From Octopus sinensis (Eukaryota): 64,000 nt of DNA. This document shows positions 53,361-64,000 of the stretch, piece after piece; within the stretch, counting starts at the first letter, position 1, and each line of letters begins with the position of its first letter. The DNA is taken from positions 99,696,001 through 99,760,000 of the forward strand of contig NC_043001.1 of assembly GCF_006345805.1 (NCBI RefSeq), in the 5' to 3' direction. Position numbers and translations under genes: made by a program. The notes beneath the pieces are model-generated. The model ran no database searches. It saw only the letters and a program-made list of their open reading frames with translations, and had not been told where the DNA came from.

Positions 53361-55033
53361 TACAAACGTACCTAGCCAAAAATAAACTTCTGTACCTGAC
53401 TTTCATTGAGATGGAGAAAGCCTTTGACAAGTTCTCCTGATCCCTTATCTGGTGATCAATGCAGAAACTAGGGAAAGATGAGTGGTTGGTGAGAGCTGTA
53501 CAAGCCATGTACAGGGATACTGTCAGTAAGGTAAAGGTTAGCAATGAGTATAGTGAAGAATTCCAAGTAGAAGTAGGGGTTCACTAAGGATCAGTCCTCA
53601 GCCCCCATTTATTCATCATAGTCCTCCAGGTAATAACAGAGGAATTCAAGACAGGCTGCCTCTGGGAACACCTCTATGCTGATGACCAGAACTATAGAAG
53701 TTTCAGGTGTGGAAGTAAGGTCTAGAATTGAAGGGCCTTAGAGTCAATCTAGCAAAAGCCAAAGTCTTAACATGTAGGAAGGCAGACAAATCACAAATCC
53801 CTTCAAGTAGATGGCCCTGCTTGAGCTGTAGAAAAGGCATAGGTAGAAACTCCATAAAATGTACCCAGTGTAAGCTATGGACACATAAGAGGTGCAGCAA
53901 TATGAAAGGAAGGTTAACTGGGGAGATAGTTTTTGTGTGGCAAATGCACAGGTGCAATAAGCACCAAAGATGTACAGAAAACAGATTCCATCACATGCCA
54001 GGGGGAAAAACTAGAAGTAGTTGATAACTTCTGTTATCTAGGTGACCAAGTCAGTAGCAGGGATGGATGGTTTGTGAGCATGGCTGCTAGAATAAGAATA
54101 GCCTGGGCAAAGTTCAGAGAGCTCCTACTTCTGCTGGTAACAAAGAGCCTCTCACTCAGTGTGAAAGGTAGATGTATGTGTGTGAACAGACATTGCACGG
54201 CAGTGAAACATGGGCTGTGACTGCTGAGGACTTGTGTAGGCTTGAAAGAAATTAAGCTAGAATGCTCTGCAGGATGTGTAATGTCAGTGTGCATACATGA
54301 CAGAGTGTAAGTGCCCTGAGAGAAAGGTTGGACATAAGAAGCATTAGATGTGGTGTGCAAGAGAGATGGCTGCAATGATCATCTGGTGTGTATGGATAAG
54401 GACAGCAGTATGAAGAACTATCACACCCTAACAGTGGAAGGAACCTGTGGAAGAGGTGGACCCAGGAAGAGATGGGGTGAGATGGTGAAGCATGACCTTT
54501 GAACGTTGGGCCTCACAGTGGCAATGACAAGTGACTGAGACCTTTGAAGATATGCTGTGCTTGAGAAGACCCAGCAAACCAAGAGAGATCGTATCTGTGG
54601 CCTATATCAGTGTCATATAACTGGCCTGTTTAAAAGTATCCTTAAATCATTGGGCAATATGCTGTGATTGAGAAGACCTGTTGAGTCAAGTGAAATTGTT
54701 GTTGTGGCCAATGCCATTGCTGCCTGACTAGCACCCATGCCAGTGGCATGTAAAAAGTATCATTCAAATGTGGACGATGCCAGTGCTGCCTGACTGGCTC
54801 TCATGCTGGTGGCATGTAAAAAGCACCATTCAAGCATGGTCATTGCCAGTGCCACCTGACTGGCCCCAATGCTGGTGGCACATAAAAACCCCACTACACT
54901 CTCAGAGTGGTTGGTGCTAGGAAGGGCAACCAGCTGTTGAAACATTGCCAGAACAGACTGAAGCCTGGTGCAACCTCCTGGCTTGCCAGTCCTTAGTCAA
55001 ACCGTCCAACTCATAAATGATTATGATGATGAT
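53360..55033 (+). mobile_element. RTE LINE, 5'-truncated
   Basis: EMEKAFDK, LYADD, LEVVDNFCYLGDQ, RIAWAKFRELL; (GAT)n tail. Confidence 0.92.
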
Positions 55034-55354
55034 ACATGCAAAAATACCCTGTTGATGCTGAAATTTCAATGAAGAAGTCTTGGATTTTGGTTAGAAACTG
55101 GCTCTTTCTCTACTGGCAAGAAATCTTGAAATAAAACCGAATAATGACATACATATGCACATAATTCACATACACACATAGGCATTTCACACCATGCATC
55201 AAGCTATAAACATCCATAAGTACATGGTATATAGTAATGTAGATGGTTGTAAGGTACAGATTTATTATACAAATGTATCCATACAAGCCCACCCAATCTT
55301 AAAACATAAATTTGATTAATTTTATTAAAGTTATGCCAGAAAGTTTATGCTTAC

Positions 55355-55481
55355 CTGTAAGAGTATATAACTTTACATCTTTCTTAATGGTCTCACCCAC
55401 CATAAATGGAGGCATCGTTTTTGGTGATGGAATGCGTATAGTGTTATTGTTAGAGTCAAAACCTTCCAAACGGCCTTTGAT
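55355..55481 (-). CDS. Coding exon (IKGRLEGFDSNNNTIRIPSPKTMPPFMVGETIKKDVKLYTLT)
   Basis: Inside ORF 55299-55496. Acceptor gaatttcag|ATC, donor ACAG|gtaagc. 127 nt = 42 codons + 1 nt (phase 0 to 1). Confidence 0.88.
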
Positions 55482-56954
55482 CTGAAATTCAGACATATTT
55501 CTAATTTTAACCCAAAGAGTAATCAGAAGGAAAATAATACAGGGAAGACTTGGTAAATAAACGAAAAATATTTTTGCATTTTGATATTTTTTTAATATTT
55601 AGCATGGCAGAAAAGAAAATATTTGACAGGTGTTGGTCTCATATGAGCATGAAGAACATTCTGTCCATTCAGAAATCAATTAAATAACAGTCACAGTGCA
55701 AAATTTACTCTGCATCAGCTTGATTCTAATTTAGCGTGGAATCTCTTATTTGTTGAATAACAGATATATTAATGCATTACATATCCACCTCCAAAAAGAG
55801 AGGAATCTCCTGATTTGAGTTCAAATGAATGTTATTAACTGATCTGAATTATATAGGATTGATTACTCAGAGAATTTCACAAGACACCATAACTTCTTTT
55901 CTGACTTGGAACTTCATTGCATATTGAAACTACATTGACAACTACCACCTCCACTTCAACTAAATAATGACAGTTCTAAACACCACAGTATAGTTCTAGA
56001 TACTACAATACACTCACCAGTAACTCTAGAGGTAGAATCTATGCTCTGTACACAAGACAGCATGCTGATTTCTTCACAAAGACATACAATGAAATGCAAC
56101 ATTTATTACTTTTATAATGAACAGTTGTGCAAGTTGCTGGAAAACAGAGGAAGATGGAAAGAATAGCATAAAATTTCTTTGTTGAGAAAAATTGAAGAAA
56201 GGTTTTATAATGGCACTAACTGCTAATAGTAAGTGGACTGGACAGTTGCCAAAGAAAGCTTTCGACTAACTTTGTTTTGTTCAGATTCTTTTTAACCTCC
56301 TTCAAACATGTGTTCAAGCATGAAGAGCTCCCACACTTTCAAATATCTTCCAGAGTTCTATTTTTGTTTTGAAGAGTCTGAAGGGCTTGTGTGTGTGTGT
56401 GTGTGTGTGTTTGTGCATGCACGCAGGTATGTGTGTGTGTCACAGAGAAGGCATTGACAAAAGATATAATATGTGATTTATACACATGTACAAATAATAG
56501 TGACATTCTCTGAGAATAGTTGCAAGGAAAAAAAAAGACAGAGTAAAATATAGAGTTATAAAACATTTCCCATTGCATGAAATGTGCATGGCAAAAGTCA
56601 GTTATTTATGTTTAATAAATGGTATTAAAAAAAACTATTATGTAACTGGCTATTTTGACCCAAAAGTTGATTTCTTAAATGATAATGATAGTTGTAGAAT
56701 ATTCTTGACACTGTGGAAATTGAAAGTAAAGAAGTATTAAAGTAAATTAGACTGGTTTCAGAACTGCTACAAATAACCAAGTGCATAAGAACAAAACAAT
56801 TTCTTCCGAAACCTAATGTCCTATTTTGTACTGTGTCCGGTCTTTCAAGGAGAAAAAAAAGAGAAATTGCATTGTCTCTACAATAAACTATACAATCTAA
56901 TGAAGAATCAGCTACAAAGACAAAATGAAATTTTCTTTGGGTTAAAAAGTGATT

Positions 56955-58942
56955 TGCTACAAAGGTAAAGGTGACGCACTAGATACAAATAATTACAGAG
57001 GTATCAAGCTGTTGGATCAGGTAATGAAGGTTACGGAGAGGGTCATAGCCCAACTAATTTGAGAGAGAGTTAGTTTAGATGAGATGCAGTTTGGATTCGT
57101 GCCAGGGAAAAGCACCACTGACGCCATATTCCTGGTAAGACAGATGCAGGAGAAATATCTAGCCAAAGATAAGCCCCTGTACCTGGCTTTTGTTGACATG
57201 GAGAAAGCCTTTGACAGGGTCCCCCGATCCCTTATCTGGTGGTCAATGAGGAAACTAGGGATAGATGAATGGTTAGTGAGAGCTGTGCAAGCCATGTACA
57301 GGGACGCAGCTCATAAGGTGAGGGTTGGCAACAAGTACAGTGAAGAATTCCGGGTAGAGGTGGGGTCCACCAAGGTTCAGTCCTCAGCCCCCTCCTATTT
57401 ATCGTAGTCCTCCAGGCAATAACGGAGGAATTCAAGACAGGATGCCCCTGGGAGCTCCTCTATGCTGATGACCTTGCTCTAATTACTGAGTCACTATCAG
57501 AACTGGAGGAGAGGTTTCAGGTGTGGAAGCAAGGATTAGAATCGAAGGGCCTTAGAGTCAACCTAGCTAAAACCAAAGTCCTAATAAGTAGGAAGGTAGA
57601 CAAGTCACAAACGCCTTCAGGTAGATGGCCTTGCTCGATCTGTATACATATATATTTATATATGTATGTGCATATATATATATAGAAAAGGTGTAGGTAG
57701 AAACTCTATAAGATGCACCAAGTGTAAGCTATGGACACATAAGAGGTGCAGCAACGTCAAGGGAAGACTAACTAAGAAGATAGTTTTTGTATGTGGCAGA
57801 TGCTCAGGAGCAATAAGCACTGAAATTGCGCAGAGAGCAACTTCCGCCACATTCAGGGAGAAAAACTAGAAATAGTTGATAGCTTCCGTTACCTAGGTGA
57901 CCAAGTCAGTAGCGGGGGCGGGTATGTTGAAAGTGTAACTGCTAGAGTAAGAATAGCTTGGGCAAAGTTCAGAGAGCTCTTACCTCTGCTGGTGACAAAG
58001 GGCCTCTCGCTCAGAGTAAAAGGCAGACTGTATGATGCATGTGTACGAACAGCCATGCTACATGGCAGTGAAACATGGGCCGTGACTGCTGAGGATATGC
58101 GTAAGCTTGCAAGAAATGAAGCCAGTATGCTCTGATGGATGTGTAATGTCAGTGTTCATACTCGACAGAGTGTAAGTACCTTGAGAGAGAAGATGGACCT
58201 AAGAAGCATCAGTTGCGGTGTGCAAGAGAGACGTTTGCGCTGGTATGGCCATGTGGCGAGAATGAATGAAGATAGTTGTGTGAAAAAGTGCCACACCCTA
58301 GCTGTTGAGGGAACCTGTGGAAGAGGCAGACCCAGGAAAACCTGGGATGAGGTGGTGAAGCACGACCTTCGAACTTTAGGTCTCACCGAGGAAATGACTA
58401 GAGACTGAGGCCTTTGGAAGTATGCTGTGCGCGAGAAGACCTGGCAGGACAAGTGAGACCATAACCCATGGCCTCAGTCCACTTATGCATACCTTTCCTT
58501 CTTGGGACACAAAACTCTACATGTGAAGACCTGTTGAGGCAAGTGTAAATACAAGACCAAAAATCAAAAATCAAAATCGATCAACATGAATGGAAATTGT
58601 AGCTGTGATACCAGTGCCAGTGGCACATAAGAGAACCATCCGAACGTGGCCGTTGCCAGCGCCGCCCTGACTAGCTTCTGTGCCGGTGGCATGTAAAAAG
58701 CACCATCCGATCGTGGCTGATTGTGGCCATTTGCCAACCTCGTCTGGCACTTGTGCCGGTGGCACGTAAAAAGCACCCACTACACTCATGGAGTGGTTGG
58801 CGTTAGGAAGGGCATTCAGCCGTAGAAACATTGCCAGATCAGACTGGGCCTGGTGCAGCCTTCTGGCTTCCCAGACCCCAGTTGCACCGTCCAACCCATG
58901 CCAGCATGGAAAACAGACGCTAAATGATGATGATGATGATGA
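56955..58942 (+). mobile_element. RTE LINE, 5'-truncated, least decayed copy in the window
   Basis: MQFGFVPGKSTTDAIFLVRQMQEKY...FVDMEKAFDRVPR, CPWELLYADDL, RRLRWYGHVARM; few frameshifts; (GAT)n tail. Confidence 0.96.
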
Positions 58943-59354
58943 ATACATCTACACTGAAAGAATTTCATTCATTCTTTCAAAAATTATATAACAGAATAAA
59001 TAAAATCAAACAGAAGTGAATTTTTATTTGATTTTTCTTTAGATAAATAATGAAGGTGAATTGCTGTTGCAGTTAGTACTATTATTTACGCTGGAAACTA
59101 CTTCATTTATGTTCATAAATATCCTTAAATACTAAAGGATATTTGTATAAAGATAATTACAGCAGCATTCATTGTATATGAAACTATGTCAAAGTAGAAT
59201 TGAGCTTATCCAAAATAATTTCGCATCTAAATACTTCGTTTTTGGTATCTGATAAAACATAATAATTAAATTTCACTAATAAAGATTATTTTGATAATCA
59301 TTTGCATTTATAGATTATTATCTTTAATTTTTTTATAATAATGTTTGAAAAATA

Positions 59355-60000
59355 ATTGTTTCAAATTTAAGCACAAAACCAGCAATTTTAGTGGGATGGG
59401 GTTAGTCAATTATGTTGATCTCAGAATTTGACTGGTACTTCATTTTATTGACCCCACAAAAGGGTGACAGGCAAATGTAGCCCATGAGTGATTTGAACTC
59501 AGAGTGAAAAGAGTTAGTATATGTGCTAATGATTTTACCAACTCAACATCTTAAATATTACTTTCTACTGTAGGCACAAGGCCTGAAATTTGTGGGGAGG
59601 GGCCAGTTGATTAAATCAACCCCAGTACAAAACTAGCTCTTAATTTATCAACCCCGAAAGGATGAAAGGCAAAGTCAACCTCGGTGGAATTTGAATTCAG
59701 AATGTAAAGACAGACGAAATACCCCGAAGCATTTCTCCCAGTGTGCTAACGTTTCTTATTTCTTGATTGCCCACAAGAGGCTAAACATAGAGGGGACAAA
59801 CAAGGACAGACAAAGGGATAAAGTCGATTAGATCGACCCCAGTGTGTAACTGGTACTTAATTTATCAACCCTGAAATGATGAAAGGCAAAGTCAACCTCG
59901 GCAGAATTTGAACTCACAACGTAACGGCAAACGAAATACCGCTAAGCATTTCACCCAGTGTGCTAATGTTTCTGCCAGCTCATCACCATTCAACATCTTA
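59355..60000 (+). mobile_element. Three head-to-tail copies of the SINE-like gaaaggcaaagtcaacctcgg family
   Basis: Repeated blocks at about 59355, 59563 and 59760. Confidence 0.85.
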
Positions 60001-60437
60001 AATATTGCATATAGCAAGTGATAGTGACTCAGCTGCTCAGAATTACCGTCTGCACAAAATTAACAGCCAAGCTAGGATTAATACACAAACTATAGAAAGG
60101 AAAAAAAAATCTTATAAAATAATAATATTCATGTTGCCAGGAGAAATGTTGATATAGGGATTCAGTGATTATTAATCTGACAAACATAAGAAAGGGTACT
60201 GAAATTGATATAAGGTTTTCTTCTCTTAACTGCATAAGCATTTTTGTTAAGGATTTTCTTTCCCTTAATAAGATAGCATTCTCTTAACTATGGACAACAT
60301 ATATGGACACAACTGGTCAAGGTTAACTGAAAAGAGAATACCACATCTAATTAAAAATATGAGGTAAGTAAACATGAGAATAAGATTTCCATGGTCTTCC
60401 TTGATAAAGATTGAATACAATGAAATCTTGTACTTAC

Positions 60438-60535
60438 TGCTGACTGAAGTCCTACAATCAAACCATTGTTGTCATATATAGGCTGTGAGAGAAGGTCATT
60501 GGGTCGCCGCCAAAGAAAACCATGATAATATTTTG
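60438..60535 (-). CDS. First visible coding exon of an uncharacterised multi-exon gene (xKYYHGFLWRRPNDLLSQPIYDNNGLIVGLQSA)
   Basis: Not in the ORF track. Acceptor ttttctttgcag|CA, donor GCA|gtaagt. 98 nt = 2 + 32 codons, no stops. Phase 0 end matches the next exon. Confidence 0.85.
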
Positions 60536-61137
60536 CTGCAAAGAAAATTTAAAGGACCTTAGAAATATATGGGAAATAGATCAAAAATGAATTATGATTT
60601 TTAAATCTCATTCCAAAGAAGATTTTCTTGTAAAATAATTGCATTGTTTACAACAGTAAATAAATAGATCCAAAACTCAGCTCTTACAACTGAGTCTTTG
60701 TAGCTCAGCAACATTATCCAACCAACGAATGAGGAAACTAAATTTCACTTGGGACAGGAGCCATTTTAAAGGGTCCTAACCATGTTGCAAACATTTTGTT
60801 CAATTGTTCATTTGTTTTATGTTTGTCTTTCTATCCTGGCAACAGGTTGGATAGGTATTTATTTCAGGAAGCATTTTTATGGTTAGATGCTCTTCCTGTG
60901 GTTAACCCCTTTAGGCTTTCACAAGTAATGGGGTGTTTTTATTCCACTTCTTAGCAAGCAGGAATGTAAACATGATGAAAGTGTGTTTTGGCTCAGACAA
61001 TCTCCGGCAAGAAGTAGAAACAATAACTTTTATGCGCATGCACACACACACACACACACACACACATTATTCACTCATTTGTTTTTGTTCTGTTTCTCAG
61101 TGCTAGCATTGATTAGACACACACACACACACATAAA

Positions 61138-61476
61138 GGGTAAAGACCCCCTTCGGTCATGAATGACCATGGGATTGCACCTAGAAAGTTACTCTCCTAG
61201 ACACAAGTCCGGGCAAGGTTGTTTATGGAAGACCAGCAGTCGCCCATGCATACCAGCCTCCCCTCTCCACGCCACCAGTGTTATCCAAGGGAAAGACAAA
61301 GGTTGATACAGCTTGGCACCAGTGACGTCGCAACTCATTTCTACAGCTGAGTGAACTGGAGCAACATGAAATAAAGTGTCTTACTCAAGAACACAACACG
61401 CAGCCCGGTCCGGGATTCGAGCTCACAGCCTCACGATCGTAAGCTCGACGCTCTAACCACTGAGCCATGCGCCTTC
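61138..61476 (-). mobile_element. tRNA-derived SINE (family D), well preserved
   Basis: Head ggctcagtggttagagcgtcg...gagctcgaatcccggacc. Confidence 0.9.
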
Positions 61477-61569
61477 ACACATATATATACACACACACAT
61501 ATAAACAAAGCATTATTTTGCGGCCAGTTGCCCTTCCTATCACTAGCCCATACCTGCTTTTCAAGTAAC

Positions 61570-61790
61570 AAAAACCTTGGGCACCTTTTTTGAATTCCAT
61601 ATGACAAACACTCATGGACATGCTTTCAAAATCAAAAAAACAGCACAGCACCCATGACTTTCAGAAACATTTTTTCACACTCAGAATTGTTGAAGCATGG
61701 AATAAACTACCTGCATCAGCCCTTAGCTGTCGAGACACTACATCTTTAAAAACTTCCATGCTTCCTGATATCTGCCAACACTACACCTGA
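61570..61790 (+). mobile_element. CR1/L2-group LINE 3' remnant (a different family)
   Basis: THGHAFKI...KHFFTLRIVEAWNKLPASALSCRDTTSFKT. Confidence 0.75.
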
Positions 61791-62084
61791 TGGGTTTTTT
61801 TTCTTAGTTGTAGTGCACCTGAGTACTGTAAACAACAATTTATTTCATATATATAAGGGAACTTTTATTTCAGACATCACTGAAGGCATAAAGTGTGTGG
61901 ATGATTTTTTTTCAAGTGACAAAAATACCAGTCATAGAGAGTGACCATTTATAGAGTACAAATGTAAGTACATAAACACATACACACAAGCATGCATGCA
62001 CATTCATACATATACATCATCATCATTGTTGTCCTTCTCCTCATCATCATCAGCCTCATCTTCATCATCTTCCTCCTAATAGGC

Positions 62085-62490
62085 ACAGGTGCGACTGTGT
62101 GATTCGGAGCTGCTTCCCAACCACATAGTTCCAGGTTCAGTCCCACTGTGTGTCACCTTGGGAAAGTGTCTTCTACTATAACCTCAAGCCGACCAAAGCC
62201 TTGTGAGTGGATTGGGTAGACAGAAACTGAAAGAAGCCTGCTGTATATATATATTATATGTATATATTTATTTGCATGTCTTTGTGTCTATGTCCTCCTA
62301 CCATCACTTGACAACTGATGTTGGTGTGTTTATGTACCCATAACTTAGCAGTTCAGTTAAAGAGACTGATAGCATAAGTACTAGGCTTACAAAGAATAAT
62401 TCCTGAGGTTGACTGTTTCAACTGAAAACCTTTCAAAGCAGTACTCCAGCATAGCTGAAGTCAAAATGACTGAAACAGGTAGAATAAAAG
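62085..62490 (+). mobile_element. SINE family A, older copy
   Basis: Collinear with 42413-42800. Confidence 0.85.
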
Positions 62491-62509
62491 AACCCTCCTC
62501 CTTATCATC

Positions 62510-63060
62510 ATCATCATCATCACCAAAAACAACATCAGGTGTCTGTTTTCCATGCTGGCATGGGTTGGATGGTTTGACAAGATCTGCTGAGCTACAGAGC
62601 TTCACTGAGCTCTAATGTCGGCTTTGGCAAGGCTTCTATGGGTGGATGCTCTTCTTATATGACCATCACCATCAACATTTAACTTCTGTTTTCTATGCTG
62701 GCATGGGTTGGATGGCTTGGCAGGAACTTGCCAGGCCCTGCAGGTTCCAAAGTCTGTTTGGGCTTGGTTTCTTCAGCTGGAAGCCCTTCCTAATGCCAAC
62801 CACATTTTTATGTGGCATTATCACCAGTGCTTTTTACATGGCACCAGCACCAACACCAGTGCTTATTATGGGACATCATGGTTTTAGGATCTCAATTCTG
62901 TTGTGGTGGGTGGGTCTTTTTGGAGTATAGCAATGCACCTCCTGTCTTCGTCCTCTGCCATCTCTTTTGTTAGGCTCAGTATTTTGAGATCAGCCTTCAA
63001 TACTTTGTCCTTGTCCTCCTGGGTCTCCCTTTCCAACAATGTCCCTCCACTTCAAGTGTA
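62510..63060 (-). mobile_element. Two decayed RTE 3' fragments
   Basis: Reverse-complement tails at about 62510 and 62665. Confidence 0.7.
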
Positions 63061-63134
63061 TACATGTGTGTGTGTGTTTGTGTATATAGTCCACTGACGA
63101 GGTCCAGAGTTTCTCAGTATAGAAGATACTCAGT

Positions 63135-63727
63135 AGTGCTCAAAAGATTCAAGCTTAGATTCTGATGTCTTTACAAGGGATTGAGACCACAAAATAAAGA
63201 ATGGCTGTAAGAGGGATCAAGTTGAGTAGATATAGAGGCAATTATATGAATAAACGAATTAGGTACATTAATTATGTTAATTATATTAAATATAACAGTT
63301 CGAATATGAAATACAAAGTATGTATATATGTATACATGCAACATGTGAGAAAGCAAAAGGTGGAACTTTCATAAGATGAATTTCTATGTATAAATCTAGA
63401 GATATTTATATTAATAAGTCCAACTTACACAGAGTACAAATGACAGAGAAAATTAAAAGGGTGGAAGAAAGGTGTTATAAGTCCAACAGCTGTTTTGCAG
63501 GGCTCAGAGATCCATAATAATGACGGTAGATGTGATTCATCTCAATATGTGGCTGTAATGGATACAATATAATCAACATTGAATGAGACCTCCATCATCA
63601 GGGTCGGGAAGATCTTACATATCAGATCTTAATGCAGAGAAGCTCAAAGAAGTTCATACTCCCAACTATTGTAGTTGATATATTTAATATAATTAATGTA
63701 CCTAATTTGTTTATTTGCATAATTACC
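63135..63727. mobile_element. Second copy of the long-TIR fold-back element
   Basis: Collinear with 41395-42050; 63679-63727 is the reverse complement of 63237-63294. Confidence 0.7.
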
Positions 63728-63877
63728 CCCCTTCTCTTCCCCTCTCTCTCATTCCTTTCTGTCGAAGAACATAGGCTCAAAACATAAATGAATCTTCCAT
63801 TTTTCCTGAGTGTCAAACTGATACACCTGCTTGTTGTTCCTACACCTGTTTTTGTCTTGTTTTTCTGTAAATTTAAA

Positions 63878-63929
<52 letters not shown>

Positions 63930-63942
63930 CATATATATGAGG

Positions 63943-64000
63943 GGAAGTGTGGTTAAGAAGTTTGCTTCCCAACCACATGATTTTGGGGTTACTCCCACTG
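63943..64000 (+). mobile_element. SINE family A, 5' end (runs off the window)
   Basis: gtgtggttaagaagtttgcttcccaaccacatg...ctcccactg. Confidence 0.75.

Noticed and set aside
61400-61476. tRNA gene (also at 40969 and 51110)
   Set aside because: A/B boxes are present but there is no complete cloverleaf, and each continues into a shared SINE body.
63757-63790. Second hammerhead-like remnant (weaker ones at about 19950, 21460, 11065 and 4190)
   Set aside because: GAAA or the CUGANGA core is broken or deleted; at most these are decayed Penelope-like ends.

Overview
AT-rich eukaryotic DNA dominated by repeats. The SINE and LINE families look like those of octopus genomes; that is recognition from memory, not a database hit. 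Most long ORFs in the track are translations of (TA)n/(TATG)n microsatellites and are not genes. One host gene is well supported: five minus-strand GT-AG exons (60535-60438, 55481-55355, 40710-40537, 34377-34202, 26496-26227). They splice with matching phases (1/0/1/1/0) into 280 uninterrupted codons plus a stop. The product is a Cys-containing uncharacterised protein with an MGxHY motif, an internal two-fold pseudo-repeat and a GPI-anchor-like C-terminus; its 5' exon(s) lie beyond the window end or were not found. The rest is decayed mobile DNA: RTE, CR1/L2-group and RLE-type LINEs, mariner and pogo/Tigger fragments, several SINE families and small MITEs. Most interesting non-coding signals: (i) a minimal hammerhead-like motif with a compensatory U3-A8 core pair on the sense strand of an intron; (ii) a SINE/LINE shared 3' stem-loop with covarying stems; (iii) a 40-bp TA-rich tract inserted at a single TA of a young LINE; (iv) several fold-back inversions next to (TA)n tracts. 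No CRISPR, rRNA or genuine tRNA genes were found.
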